The position numbers and the translations under genes are program-made. The notes under the pieces are model-generated. The model ran no database searches and was not told the origin of the DNA. It worked only from the letters and a program-made list of their open reading frames with translations. From an uncultured SAR116 cluster alpha proteobacterium (GTDB lineage Bacteria; Pseudomonadota; Alphaproteobacteria; Puniceispirillales; Marisalimonadaceae), in the NCBI GenBank assembly GCA_902618025.1, contig CACMYY010000003.1, positions 542 through 64,541 on the forward strand: 64,000 nt of DNA. Reading direction: 5' to 3'. Below are positions 48,993-59,361 of this stretch, piece by piece (position 1 is the stretch's first letter; each line of letters starts with the position of its first letter).

Positions 48993-49436
48993 GTGCCACT
49001 TGAATATGAAGCTAACATGAAAAAATTCATTATAATAATTTTAACTTTATTTTTGAGCCCTGCATTTAGCGATGAAGAAATTACATTTAATTGTTCTTCA
49101 AAAGCTGGATTAGGATTAGATTTACTTAATAATCTATACTCATATAAAGATCAAGGGATTAGAGAAGACTTCAAAATTAAGCCACATGATGAAGAGATTA
49201 TATACGAATCAGGTAAATATAAAAGAAATTATAGAATAGTTGATAAAAGAAAAAATCCTTATGGTAGCGTGATAATAGTTTCATATTATATTAATCAAGA
49301 TTACTATGGTGGGTATATGCTTACTCTATCACTTAATGATGAAACGAAAGAATACTTATATTCATCAGCTATGATGGGTGCGGGTGAAATTCTCGAAGGT
49401 CCAGTAGGCAGTCGTGGCACTTGTACTAAATTGTAA
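48993..49436 (+). CDS. Secreted hypothetical protein (likely start ATG 49017, MKKF)
   Basis: Signal peptide MKKFIIIILTLFLSPAFS; Cys near both ends (FNC, GTC). Confidence 0.65.
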   Translation: MPLEYEANMKKFIIIILTLFLSPAFSDEEITFNCSSKAGLGLDLLNNLYSYKDQGIREDFKIKPHDEEIIYESGKYKRNYRIVDKRKNPYGSVIIVSYYINQDYYGGYMLTLSLNDETKEYLYSSAMMGAGEILEGPVGSRGTCTKL

Positions 49437-49552
49437 AGTGTTTATTTGAAATTTAATCTAATTACAGATTTATTATAGTTTTATTACAAAGATAATAAAG
49501 TTTAATAGATTTCTGAATATAGTTGGGTGACATATCATAGTTATGTAAAATT

Positions 49553-49564
49553 GCGGAGGGAGGG
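49553..49564 (-). repeat. Copy of tRNA-Ser 3' end (att-like direct repeat)
   Basis: GCGGAGGGAGGG identical to 54077..54088 in the same orientation. Confidence 0.6.
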
Positions 49565-49730
49565 TCCTCCTAATCATCCGCCATCAAACTGAAATAATCA
49601 TTAAAATATCTCATTTAGTGCCTCCACTGGTTGGGAGTAATACGTTTTTATGTTCAACCCAATTAGGGATGGAGCAATACGTAAATAATTCAATTTAGTT
49701 TATATAATCAAAAAAAATGTCTGGTCGTGT

Positions 49731-51713
49731 CTAAATTTTATTTGTTTTTTTTAACCTCAAAATTAATAAGTATAAAATTGGTAAGACAAATAGTGCAGTT
49801 GCAAAAATGTTAATTTCGTAGTTTGAATACCCAGTAACTTTTCCACCAGGAAGAGCCATTAATATACCTGAAAACCCAAGCATAATCCTTATTGGCCATT
49901 CCAAGTGTTTTGATTTTTTCAGATCACCAATTCCAATTAGATATCCCTGTAATGAACTTGAAATAAGAATAATTCCAATTACTGCAGAAAAGAAGACAAT
50001 CAAAATATCATATATTGAACCTCTTCCAATTAATGCTGGATTAAGAACAAAAAAGAAGGGAATAAAGTAAATAACACTTCCTAATTTCATAGCTTCTACA
50101 CCAGTTCTGATACCATTTGCACCAGCAACTGATGCAGCAGCAAATGCACCAATAGCAACAGGTGGGGTTATAAAAGATATCATGCCCCAATATAACATAA
50201 ATAAATGAACAGCTACTTTATCTAAGCCACTACCTGTTAATGCAGGAGCAAGAGTTACTGCTAGAAACAAATAAGCAGCTGTTACTGTCATACCAATACC
50301 TAGTATGAAACTAGTAAGCGCACCCATGATAAGAAGAATGAATATAGAATCACCTGCAAAATTTACCAGTGCGTATGTAATAGTACCAATTTTACCAGTA
50401 AAAGTTAGTGAACCAATTATTAGACCAATTGCCACTAGAATCCCTGCAAGTTCTGCAAACAATCTGCCAACACTTTCTATAAAATGAATTAATTTATCGT
50501 AATTCCATCTATGAATTTTAACGATTTGATTAATTATTAATAACGTGGCGGTGGCATAGTATGGAGCTTGAGCTTCTCTTTGCATGTAAAGTAACATTAA
50601 AATTAACATCACAAACACAAATATAAAATACCAACCTTCTTTTAAAACCTTTTTTATAGATGGAAGTTCTTTTGCAGGTAAACCTTTAAGGTGATTTCTT
50701 GCTGCATATGCATCTATTTGCATAAAAAGACCAAAATAATACAATATAGATGGAAAAGCGGCTGCAATAATAATCTCAGAGTATGGAACCTCTAAAAATG
50801 TAGCCATAACAAAAGCAGTTGCTCCCATAACTGGTGGCATTAATACCCCACCTGTAGATGCACATGCCTCCACACCTGCAGCATAAGACGATTTGAAGCC
50901 AGTTTTCTTCATTGCGGGAATTGAGAGGACACCGGTAGTCAAAACATTTGTAATCACACTCCCACTCATTGACCCCATCAGACCAGAAGAAAAAATTGAA
51001 ACTTTTGCAGGTCCTCCTCTTCTAGTACCTAAAAGTGCAAATGCTAAATTTAGAAAAAAGGATCCACCTCCTGTATGTTGAAGTGCTACTCCAAAAATTA
51101 AAAAACCAACAACCAGGGTTGCAAAAGCAGTCATTGGTATACCCATGATGCTTTCTGTACCAAAAATATGGAATGTGGCAGTAGTATCCCATGGTTGCGC
51201 TGGTGCGTTCAAAAATCCAGGTAAAAAAGTTGAAATTGCTGGATAAACAGAAATAATTAGACAAATTATAAAAATAGCATTTCCACCAGCTCTCCTACTA
51301 GCTTCTAAAACTAAGCCCCACAAAATAAATGCCATTATTTTTGCATGAGTTGGTGCAAGATATTCCCAACCCTCTTCTAATATTAATGATCCACTAAAAC
51401 AAAAGTAGCTTGCAATTATAAAAGTTGAGGCAGCAAAAATTATATCATACCAGGGTATTTTGTTTCCTTTTCTAGGAGTTGGATGATATATTATAAATGG
51501 TAAAGGTAGTAATAAAGCAATCATAGCATAAAGATACTCAGTATCTAGTAACACGTATGTTCCTAAAAAATTCCCAACACCGAACAACATGTAAATTGAA
51601 ATCATAGTGGATAAAATGGAAGAAAACCTTAAAATATAATTAGAAACTATATTAGGAGCTCTATTTCTAATAATGGAAACTTCTACTTGATTTCTGGACA
51701 TAATAAATTCCAA
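49731..51713 (-). CDS. TRAP transporter fused permease (4TM/12TM, TAXI type)
   Basis: GGPAKV, EACASTGGVLMPPVMGA, ITPPVA. Confidence 0.93.
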   Translation of the reverse strand: MEFIMSRNQVEVSIIRNRAPNIVSNYILRFSSILSTMISIYMLFGVGNFLGTYVLLDTEYLYAMIALLLPLPFIIYHPTPRKGNKIPWYDIIFAASTFIIASYFCFSGSLILEEGWEYLAPTHAKIMAFILWGLVLEASRRAGGNAIFIICLIISVYPAISTFLPGFLNAPAQPWDTTATFHIFGTESIMGIPMTAFATLVVGFLIFGVALQHTGGGSFFLNLAFALLGTRRGGPAKVSIFSSGLMGSMSGSVITNVLTTGVLSIPAMKKTGFKSSYAAGVEACASTGGVLMPPVMGATAFVMATFLEVPYSEIIIAAAFPSILYYFGLFMQIDAYAARNHLKGLPAKELPSIKKVLKEGWYFIFVFVMLILMLLYMQREAQAPYYATATLLIINQIVKIHRWNYDKLIHFIESVGRLFAELAGILVAIGLIIGSLTFTGKIGTITYALVNFAGDSIFILLIMGALTSFILGIGMTVTAAYLFLAVTLAPALTGSGLDKVAVHLFMLYWGMISFITPPVAIGAFAAASVAGANGIRTGVEAMKLGSVIYFIPFFFVLNPALIGRGSIYDILIVFFSAVIGIILISSSLQGYLIGIGDLKKSKHLEWPIRIMLGFSGILMALPGGKVTGYSNYEINIFATALFVLPILYLLILRLKKTNKI

Positions 51714-51717
51714 TTTT

Positions 51718-51748
51718 TGATAAGGTGAAACTTATTTTCACCTTATCA
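51718..51748 (-). terminator. Intergenic 13-bp stem-loop between TAXI receptor and permease
   Basis: TGATAAGGTGAAA-CTTAT-TTTCACCTTATCA perfect inverted repeat. Confidence 0.6.
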
Positions 51749-51758
51749 GATTTATTTT

Positions 51759-52907
51759 TTAATTATAAGCATTTGGCATTCCAGCAGCTTTTAAAGCAGA
51801 TGATCTATTTTCAAGCCATTTTTTCTTAAAATCGTCACCAGATAAATTAGCCTTCAGAGTTTTTTGCCAAGCTTTAGCTAGGACATCCTGTCTTTTTATT
51901 AAGTTTGCGTTATGTTTGTCATGTTTTGATGTCCAAACACCTTTCTTTTTATAATACTTAACTGCTCCAGGATGATATGGAAAAATCCAACTAAAATTTT
52001 GATTAGACAATTGATATCCATCCATTCCTGGTCCAGAATCTTTAAATTGATCATAATTTTCCATAACTGCTTCAGTCAGATGATATGATAAATCTTCAGA
52101 TGTTTTTTCCATTGTAACAAAAATTGGATAAGGATAATTCATGCCTTCAAAAGATTTATTACTATCGGAAGATCCTACAAAGTTTGTTACAACTGCTTTA
52201 GCAAAATGAGGGGCTACAGCTATTGCTCTTTTCCAACCTACTTCATCGTTATGTGGCATTGGTGGGAAGAAAAGACCTCTAGGTGAAGCATTTGTTTTAT
52301 TAAAAATACTACTTACAGAAGAACCCATACTTGCATCTGCTTGACCATTTATAACCGCATTAGCAGATGCTCCATAACCAGAAACCTCTACTTTAATAAC
52401 GTCATCCCATGTCAAGCCACCAAACGCTAAAAAACCTGCCATGTTCCCATTAAGAGCTGGAGATCCTTTTACCCAAGTAACTCTTTTACCTTTCAGATCA
52501 GCCATTGTTCTAATGTTTGCATCCTTGGCTGTAGCAACTGTTTGACCATTTCTTCCAATATTATTGAACATATTGTAAACTTTCATTGGCCCCCATTTTT
52601 TGTCTGCAAACATAAACACGCCCTCTTGCGCAAATAAACTTGCTATTCCACATGCGCAGATTTCAGCTTGTCCAGCTTTCAAAGGTACCATTCTTGAAAC
52701 ATCATTTTTACCAGGTATAATCCTTAGGTCAGTACCATAATTTTTTTTAAGCATTTGCCCAATTCCCACAGATTGAGCATAACCTGATGAAGTAGTTCCA
52801 TAAGCAGTCCAAGCAATATTTTTTGGAAGATCTCCGGCAATAACATTGGATATGCTGAACAGAGAAACTACAGAAATTGAAAACAATTTTGAAAATATGT
52901 TTTTCAT
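51759..52907 (-). CDS. TAXI family TRAP solute-binding protein
   Basis: Signal peptide; DLKGKRV, PYHPGAVKYY; adjacent to fused permease. Confidence 0.9.
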   Translation of the reverse strand: MKNIFSKLFSISVVSLFSISNVIAGDLPKNIAWTAYGTTSSGYAQSVGIGQMLKKNYGTDLRIIPGKNDVSRMVPLKAGQAEICACGIASLFAQEGVFMFADKKWGPMKVYNMFNNIGRNGQTVATAKDANIRTMADLKGKRVTWVKGSPALNGNMAGFLAFGGLTWDDVIKVEVSGYGASANAVINGQADASMGSSVSSIFNKTNASPRGLFFPPMPHNDEVGWKRAIAVAPHFAKAVVTNFVGSSDSNKSFEGMNYPYPIFVTMEKTSEDLSYHLTEAVMENYDQFKDSGPGMDGYQLSNQNFSWIFPYHPGAVKYYKKKGVWTSKHDKHNANLIKRQDVLAKAWQKTLKANLSGDDFKKKWLENRSSALKAAGMPNAYN

Positions 52908-53127
52908 ATTTAATTCTCCCTTATTTTTTATTGTTAGTTATAAGCCTAAAGATTTTAAAACTTTTTTCTATTAATAAAATTTTTTTTACATAATAAATTA
53001 ATTTAACTGATCTTTATTAGTAACAAATTTTATATAAATACCTAATCAATTACTTAAAATAAAGAAGCATATTTAATGACAATTTAGTAATTTTATTCAG
53101 AATTTTGCTAAAAATTAATTAGCTTTT

Positions 53128-53778
53128 TTATCTCCAACTTTTAGTCATTTTACCTTTATCTTTGAAGTCTACAATTGAAAAAGTTTTTTCTACTAAAGTG
53201 TAATCATTATATCCTAATCTAGCGATTACCTTCATTTTCAAGATATCTACTATGCCTTCGTTAGTGATGAATTCGTCTTTAATATGAATGCCAATAACTT
53301 TTCCAAATACAACATTATGTAACCCTCCTTTCCCAGGAAGTTGGACAGTTTGATGATATTTACATTCAAAATGAACTGGAGATTCAGCAACTCTTTTGGG
53401 TTTTACGTTTATTGAATCTATAGCTGTTAAACCAGTTTTTTCTAATTCGTCTGTGTCAGGTTCCATTATCCAACTAGTGTCATTCATTTGTTGACGTGTG
53501 TCCCATGTACTCATATTAACAACAAATTCACCAGTTTCTTCAGCATTTAAAACACTATCTTTTTTACTTCCATCTGCACGATTTCCAGCTGAAAACATTA
53601 CAAATGGAGGATCATAAGAAAGCCCATTAAAATAACTATAAGGTGCAAGATTTCCTATTCCCTTTTTATTCACTGTACTAATCCATCCAATTGGGCGAGG
53701 AACTGTGAGGGCTTTGAAAGGATTGTAGGGTAAACCATGGTCATTTTTACTAGTATCATAATACATTTGGTAACTCAC
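53128..53778 (-). CDS. Flavin reductase-like (DIM6/NTAB) family protein
   Basis: PRPIGWIST, NLAPYSYFN, ESPVHFEC, ARLGY. Confidence 0.9.
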   Translation of the reverse strand: MSYQMYYDTSKNDHGLPYNPFKALTVPRPIGWISTVNKKGIGNLAPYSYFNGLSYDPPFVMFSAGNRADGSKKDSVLNAEETGEFVVNMSTWDTRQQMNDTSWIMEPDTDELEKTGLTAIDSINVKPKRVAESPVHFECKYHQTVQLPGKGGLHNVVFGKVIGIHIKDEFITNEGIVDILKMKVIARLGYNDYTLVEKTFSIVDFKDKGKMTKSWR

Positions 53779-54001
53779 TTTTTTGTAAAAAAATTTAATT
53801 AATTTTTAAGATTAAATATAAATTATAAAGTTACAAACAAAAATGAATTACAAATACAACAATAACCCATCATTGAACCTTGGTCTGTTTTTGATGGACT
53901 ACAATCAATGCGCCGACCACCCCTTGATCTTTAACTAATGTTGATTGGGGAAAGGGTGCAGTAACCCTTAGAGCGGTTTTATGATTGATATTATATTTTT
54001 G

Positions 54002-54024
54002 TTGTGGGTAAAATTGTGGGTAAA
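54002..54024. repeat. Tandem TTGTGGGTAAA x2 (12-bp period), integrase arm-site-like
   Basis: Seen directly about 50 bp from the tRNA 3' end. Confidence 0.6.
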
Positions 54025-54074
54025 TATATATTTAAATAAATTATATATAGTAAAATCACATATTTATGTATAAG

Positions 54075-54166
54075 TGGCGGAGGGAGGGGGATTCGAACCC
54101 CCGAAAGGGATTGCTCCCTTTAACGATTTAGCAAACCGGCGCCTTCAGCCACTCAGCCACCCCTCC
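54075..54166 (-). tRNA. tRNA-Ser(GCT)
   Basis: GGAGGGGTGGCTGAGTGGCTGAAGGCGCCGGTTTGCTAAATCGTT, long variable arm, GGTTCGAATCC, encoded CCA. Confidence 0.96.
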
Positions 54167-54313
54167 GCGGGTTCGTTATATGTCTTAAGTGTCCTAGTTC
54201 ACGCCGTATGCATATTCGTAATACGAAATGACAAAAATTATTTCAAGTTTTTTTAATGTATTATGGAAAATAAAACTATTTATGTTATGTATAAATTTTT
54301 TGAAAGGTAATGC

Positions 54314-55258
54314 ATGGATCTAATATCTGGAATGAGAGTTTTCGTTTCTATTGCTGATAATGGTTCACTTGCAAAAGCTGGTAGAGAGTTGGATTTGTCT
54401 CCATCTGTAGTCTCAAAATATATATCAGCACTAGAAGACAGACTAGGAGCAAGATTACTTTACAGAACAACAAGATCTGTATCACTAACTGAGGTTGGTT
54501 TAGCGTATCTTGATAGAGCTAGAAGGATTATTGGTGATGTAGATGAAGCTGAAGCAGCTGTATCAAGTGCTACTAATGCACCAAGAGGGCATCTTCGAAT
54601 TACTGCACCAGGTACGTTCTCTTATAGGCACATAGCTCCACATCTTCCTTTATTTAGAGAACGTTTTCCAGAAGTAGAAATAGAGATGATTATATCAGAC
54701 GAGGTTGTTGATTTAGTAGATAACAATATAGATTTGGGCATCAGAATTGCAGTCATGAAAGACTCATCCCTTATAGCAAGAAAACTTGCTCCTAATCCTA
54801 GAACGTTGTTTGCTTCCCCAGGTTATATCAAAAAAAATGGTAAACCAAAACATCCTGATGATATATTAAATCACGATATTATTTCATTTAGAAGAGGGAG
54901 TCCTTATAATGAGTGGCATTTTTTAGTGGATGGTAAGATTAAATTAATACATGCAAAAGGAAAGTTGCAGTTTAATCATGGAGATGCAATCCTGAGGTCA
55001 GCGATTAATGGTGGTGGATTAGCCATGTTATCTAGATTTGTTGTCGGAAGACACTTAGCTGCTGGCACATTAGTATCTATCTTAGATGAATATGTCCAAG
55101 AAGATGTTCCAATCTATGCTGTCTACCCGAGTGGCAAACATTTATCTCCTAAAGTAAGGGCTTTTTTAGATTTTTTAATCGAAATTTATGGACCTATTCC
55201 TTATTGGGATGAAGCTGGCGATCATACTTCAGACGCAGCTAAGCGTACTGTTATTTAA
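54314..55258 (+). CDS. LysR family transcriptional regulator (CrgA/DmlR-like)
   Basis: HTH SPSVVSK..LEDRLGARLLYRTTR, DLGIR, KVRAFLDFL. Confidence 0.94.
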   Translation: MDLISGMRVFVSIADNGSLAKAGRELDLSPSVVSKYISALEDRLGARLLYRTTRSVSLTEVGLAYLDRARRIIGDVDEAEAAVSSATNAPRGHLRITAPGTFSYRHIAPHLPLFRERFPEVEIEMIISDEVVDLVDNNIDLGIRIAVMKDSSLIARKLAPNPRTLFASPGYIKKNGKPKHPDDILNHDIISFRRGSPYNEWHFLVDGKIKLIHAKGKLQFNHGDAILRSAINGGGLAMLSRFVVGRHLAAGTLVSILDEYVQEDVPIYAVYPSGKHLSPKVRAFLDFLIEIYGPIPYWDEAGDHTSDAAKRTVI

Positions 55259-55259
55259 T

Positions 55260-56444
55260 CTAAACATTCTGACCGGCAACATAGCCACTTGACCAAGCCC
55301 ATTGAAAATTATGTCCTCCTAAATGCCCAGTAACATCAACAACTTCGCCAATGAAATATAATCCTGAGTATTTTTTACATTCCATTGTTGCTGAATTAAT
55401 TTCGTTTGTGTCGATACCACCTAACGTAACTTCTGCAGTCTTGTAACCTTCAGTGCCAGTTGGTAAAACATTTAATTTATTTATAAAATTAGAAATTTTG
55501 TTTAGCGTGTTGTTAGATGCTTCTCCTATTTTTTGGTTTGTATTAAGCAAACTTGTTATAGCTATTGCTAATTTATTTGGAAGAAAATCTGATAAAACAT
55601 TTGATATGTTTTGTTTTGGTGTTTTTATTCTTCTTTCTTTTAAAGTTTTATCCATTGAATTTTGCGGTAATAAGTTAACTTCAATAGTTCTATCAGGTTT
55701 CCAGTAAGAAGAAATTTGCAAAATTGATGGCCCACTAATCCCCCTGTGAGTAAAGATTAAACCTTCATTAAAAATTGTTTTATTTATTTTAACTGAAGCT
55801 TCAATTGAAATACCTGCTAGTGATTTGCAAAATTCTAATATATCGTTTTTAAAAGTTAATGGGACAAGAGCAGGATAAAGTTTAGTAATCTTTAAATTAA
55901 ACTGATTAGCTATTTTATATCCAAAATCAGATGCGCCTATTTTGGGTATCGATAATCCACCAGTAGCAATAACAAGAGATGAACATACAAATTTCTTGTC
56001 AATTGTTTCTAATATATATAAATTTTTTTTTCGTATTATTGATTTGACTTCAGTATTTATTTTAATCTCAACTTTTTGATTTTCACATTCAGTAATTAAC
56101 ATTTTGATAATATCTTTTGCAGAATTATCACAAAAAAGTTGGCCTAATTTCTTTTCATGAAATTTTATTTTATGTTTTTTTACTAATTTTATAAAATCAT
56201 TTTGTGTGTATTTTGAAAAAGCAGATTTACAAAAATGATTGTTATTCGATAAAAAATTTTCATTATTACTATATATATTTGTAAAATTGCACCTTCCACC
56301 TCCAGAAATTCTTATTTTTTCAGCAATCTTAGAGGTATGCTCTACTATAAGGACTTTTTTATTTCTTTTTCCAGCTTCAATTGCACACATTAAACCAGCA
56401 GCACCGGCTCCAATGATAATAACATCAAATTTTTCACTCATCAT
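55260..56444 (-). CDS. HI0933/YhiN (BaiN-like) flavoprotein
   Basis: GAGAAG, ISGGGRCNFTN, ATGGLSIP, GEVVDVTGHLGGHNFQWA. Confidence 0.92.
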   Translation of the reverse strand: MMSEKFDVIIIGAGAAGLMCAIEAGKRNKKVLIVEHTSKIAEKIRISGGGRCNFTNIYSNNENFLSNNNHFCKSAFSKYTQNDFIKLVKKHKIKFHEKKLGQLFCDNSAKDIIKMLITECENQKVEIKINTEVKSIIRKKNLYILETIDKKFVCSSLVIATGGLSIPKIGASDFGYKIANQFNLKITKLYPALVPLTFKNDILEFCKSLAGISIEASVKINKTIFNEGLIFTHRGISGPSILQISSYWKPDRTIEVNLLPQNSMDKTLKERRIKTPKQNISNVLSDFLPNKLAIAITSLLNTNQKIGEASNNTLNKISNFINKLNVLPTGTEGYKTAEVTLGGIDTNEINSATMECKKYSGLYFIGEVVDVTGHLGGHNFQWAWSSGYVAGQNV

Positions 56445-56601
56445 CTAGTTATATCTTTATTTTTAATTTCAGGTAATGACACACATAAAGTTTCTAATGC
56501 TTTACTTTATTGATATTGAATACTAAAAGAACAGTCTAGTTAATTTAAAAGAAATATAATAAACATTCCTTAAATCATCTCTTAAAACCTGAAAGTTTAT
56601 C

Positions 56602-58443
56602 ATGATAAAAAATAATGGAATTCCTGAAGCACTAGCCGAAGCAATGATGCATAAAGGTTATGATAAATTAACACCTGTACAAGAAGAAGTTATAAAAAAA
56701 AATTATTCAGGATTAGATTTATTAGTTTCTGCGCAAACTGGGTCAGGTAAAACTATTGCCTTTGGTTTTTCAATAGTAGAAAACATACTTGGTAATGATA
56801 ATTATTTTAAGAAATCAAAATTACCACAAGCTCTCATAATTGTTCCTACTCGAGAATTGGCTTTGCAAGTTAAAAACGAGTTAACTTGGCTCCTTGATAG
56901 TTGTAAGGCAAAAATCATTTCATGCGTTGGAGGAATGGATATTCGTGCTGAAAAAAGAAACTTAGAGATTAAACCTAATATTATTGTTGGTACTCCTGGA
57001 AGACTAAGAGACCATATAGAGAATGATAAATTAAAACTTAAAGGTATTAAAACAGTTGTTCTTGATGAAGCTGATGAAATGTTAGACATGGGTTTCAAAG
57101 AAGATTTAGAAGCTATTTTGGATACCACACCTAAAGAAAGACAGACTTTGATGTTCTCAGCAACGGTGCCTAAGACTATTGCTAATCTTGCAAAAGATTA
57201 TCAAAAAAATGCAGTCAGAATTAGTATTGGTAAATCAAACTCACAACACGTTGATATTGAATATAAAGCATTTAAAATAGTATCAAGTGATCAAGAAAAT
57301 GCTATCATTAACACCCTTAGATATTACGAAGCCACAAACTCCATAATTTTTTGCGCTACTAGAATGGCAGTGAATCATATGACTAGTCGTTTAACAAACA
57401 GAGGTATTTCAGCTGTTGCACTTTCAGGAGAATTAAGCCAGAACGAAAGAAATATGGCTTTACAAGCAATGAGATCTTCAAAAGCAAGGGTGTGTGTTGC
57501 GACGGATGTTGCAGCTAGAGGACTTGATTTACCAAATCTTGATTTAGTCATTCATGCGGATATACCGAGAACATCAGATACATTACTCCATAGAAGTGGA
57601 AGAACTGGAAGAGCTGGAAGAAAGGGTGTTTGTGTAATTCTTGTACCTCAAAATCGAAATAGAACTGCTGAACGTTTGTTTGGTCAAGCAAATATAAAGC
57701 CTCATTGGACTTTGCCTCCGTCTAGAGAAGAAATATTAATTGAAGATAAAAAAAGAATTCTAGAAAACAAAATTTTTGAAGATCCAATAAAAGCTGAAGA
57801 ACAAGGTTTTGTGGATGAATTAGTTTCAAAAAACTCAACTAATCAGCTAGCTGTTGCTTATTATAGACTAGTTAGTAAGGATTTATCTGTTCCAGAAGAC
57901 TTAAAAAATCCATCAGATAAAAGAGATATAAACTCAAATAAAACTACCTTTAATAACAGTGCATGGTTTGAACTATCTGTTGGAAGAGATGACACAGCCG
58001 AACCAAGATGGTTAGTAGCAATGCTTTGTAAAGCTGGTAAACTCTCAAAAAGAGATATTGGTTCTATAAAAATACAACCAAAAGTTACTTATGTTGAAAT
58101 TTCAGAACAAACTTCTAATTCTTTACTTGAGTATGTAAATAGTAAAAAACCAATAGAACGACACATAATGGTAAAAGTGTTAAAAGATCCGCCAAAGCTT
58201 GATAGATCAACATCTCGACCTTTGCAAAATAAAAAAAGAAGAAGCACAAAATTATTTTTAAAAGACAAAGACGAAGATGGATCCAACAAACCTAAAAATA
58301 TTGATTTTAAAGGAAAAAGAAAATCAGACAGATGGAAAAAAATAGAAAAAAGAAGTAAATCTAAAAGTGATTCTTCTAAACCAATTAAGGATAAAAATAC
58401 TAAAAGGTCAAAAAAGAATAGAGTTAAAAATAAATTGTCATAA
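56602..58443 (+). CDS. DEAD-box RNA helicase with DbpA-type RNA-binding domain (DeaD-like)
   Basis: AQTGSGKT, PTRELA, TPGRL, DEAD, SAT, HRSGRTGRAG; basic tail. Confidence 0.94.
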   Translation: MIKNNGIPEALAEAMMHKGYDKLTPVQEEVIKKNYSGLDLLVSAQTGSGKTIAFGFSIVENILGNDNYFKKSKLPQALIIVPTRELALQVKNELTWLLDSCKAKIISCVGGMDIRAEKRNLEIKPNIIVGTPGRLRDHIENDKLKLKGIKTVVLDEADEMLDMGFKEDLEAILDTTPKERQTLMFSATVPKTIANLAKDYQKNAVRISIGKSNSQHVDIEYKAFKIVSSDQENAIINTLRYYEATNSIIFCATRMAVNHMTSRLTNRGISAVALSGELSQNERNMALQAMRSSKARVCVATDVAARGLDLPNLDLVIHADIPRTSDTLLHRSGRTGRAGRKGVCVILVPQNRNRTAERLFGQANIKPHWTLPPSREEILIEDKKRILENKIFEDPIKAEEQGFVDELVSKNSTNQLAVAYYRLVSKDLSVPEDLKNPSDKRDINSNKTTFNNSAWFELSVGRDDTAEPRWLVAMLCKAGKLSKRDIGSIKIQPKVTYVEISEQTSNSLLEYVNSKKPIERHIMVKVLKDPPKLDRSTSRPLQNKKRRSTKLFLKDKDEDGSNKPKNIDFKGKRKSDRWKKIEKRSKSKSDSSKPIKDKNTKRSKKNRVKNKLS

Positions 58444-58446
58444 TTA

Positions 58447-59349
58447 TTATATTGATTTTGAACCTCTTTTATTTATTAGATAGATGCCAAAACAAGTAAA
58501 AAATAATGATAAATAAATTTGTTCATTTATAGGGTCATCCATAATTAGCCATCCAAATAACACGCCAAATATTGGTGTTAAAAATGCAAAAGAACTTGTA
58601 CTACTTGCTGAATACTTGGACATTACCCACAACCATCCAATAAATCCCATGCACATTATTACAATTACTTGAAAAGAAAAAATTAATATTAAATTCATAT
58701 TAATGTTTCGTACATAATCAGTTATTTGCATTGATATGGGTAATAAAATTATTCCAGAAACAATCAGTTGATACAATAATTGTGTTTCAGGTGTGCAATC
58801 TGATAATCGCGTGGTTTTTAACATAATAGCAATAATTGCCCAACATAAACTCGCCATTAAAGAAAATGAATCCCCGTAGAACTGTGATAAATCATAACCC
58901 ATTGAGGGTTCATATACAGCTAATATCAATCCAATAAGTGCAATTATTAATCCTAAAACTTTGTTGAGATTTAGATTATCATTTTTAATTAAAAAATGAG
59001 CTCCAATTGTAAGCCACACAGGCATTGTGTAAAATATTAATGACACACGAGTGACCGTTGAGTAGTCCAAGGCTATAAAAAGAAAAATAAACTCCGTTGC
59101 AAATAGTATCCCAGCAATAACACCAGGTATCATGGAATAAGTTGAAAAATTTATTTTTTTTCTTGAAATATAACAATAAATTAGAATAGGAAAGATTGCT
59201 AAAGTTGATCTTAAAGCCACCTGAAAAACTGGATGCATACCCTCATTCACTAACTTAACCATAACTTGATTTAAGCCTAGTAAAATAGAAAATATTATCA
59301 AGAAAGATCCAGCTAGGAAGTCGACTGGTTTGTTTTGTATATTATTCAT
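58447..59349 (-). CDS. DMT/EamA family transporter
   Basis: About 10 TM helices; FYTMP, FLTPIFGV. Confidence 0.88.
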   Translation of the reverse strand: MNNIQNKPVDFLAGSFLIIFSILLGLNQVMVKLVNEGMHPVFQVALRSTLAIFPILIYCYISRKKINFSTYSMIPGVIAGILFATEFIFLFIALDYSTVTRVSLIFYTMPVWLTIGAHFLIKNDNLNLNKVLGLIIALIGLILAVYEPSMGYDLSQFYGDSFSLMASLCWAIIAIMLKTTRLSDCTPETQLLYQLIVSGIILLPISMQITDYVRNINMNLILIFSFQVIVIMCMGFIGWLWVMSKYSASSTSSFAFLTPIFGVLFGWLIMDDPINEQIYLSLFFTCFGIYLINKRGSKSI

Positions 59350-59361
59350 GATTTGGTGTTT

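Larger units (their letters stand above)
49553..54088. mobile_element. Probable decayed genomic islet integrated at tRNA-Ser (no integrase retained)
   Basis: 12-bp direct repeats of the tRNA 3' end; paired short repeats near both ends; cargo TRAP + flavin reductase. Confidence 0.45.

Noticed and set aside
54074-54256. 60-aa ORF MAEGGGFEPP...
   Set aside because: Antisense translation of tRNA-Ser.
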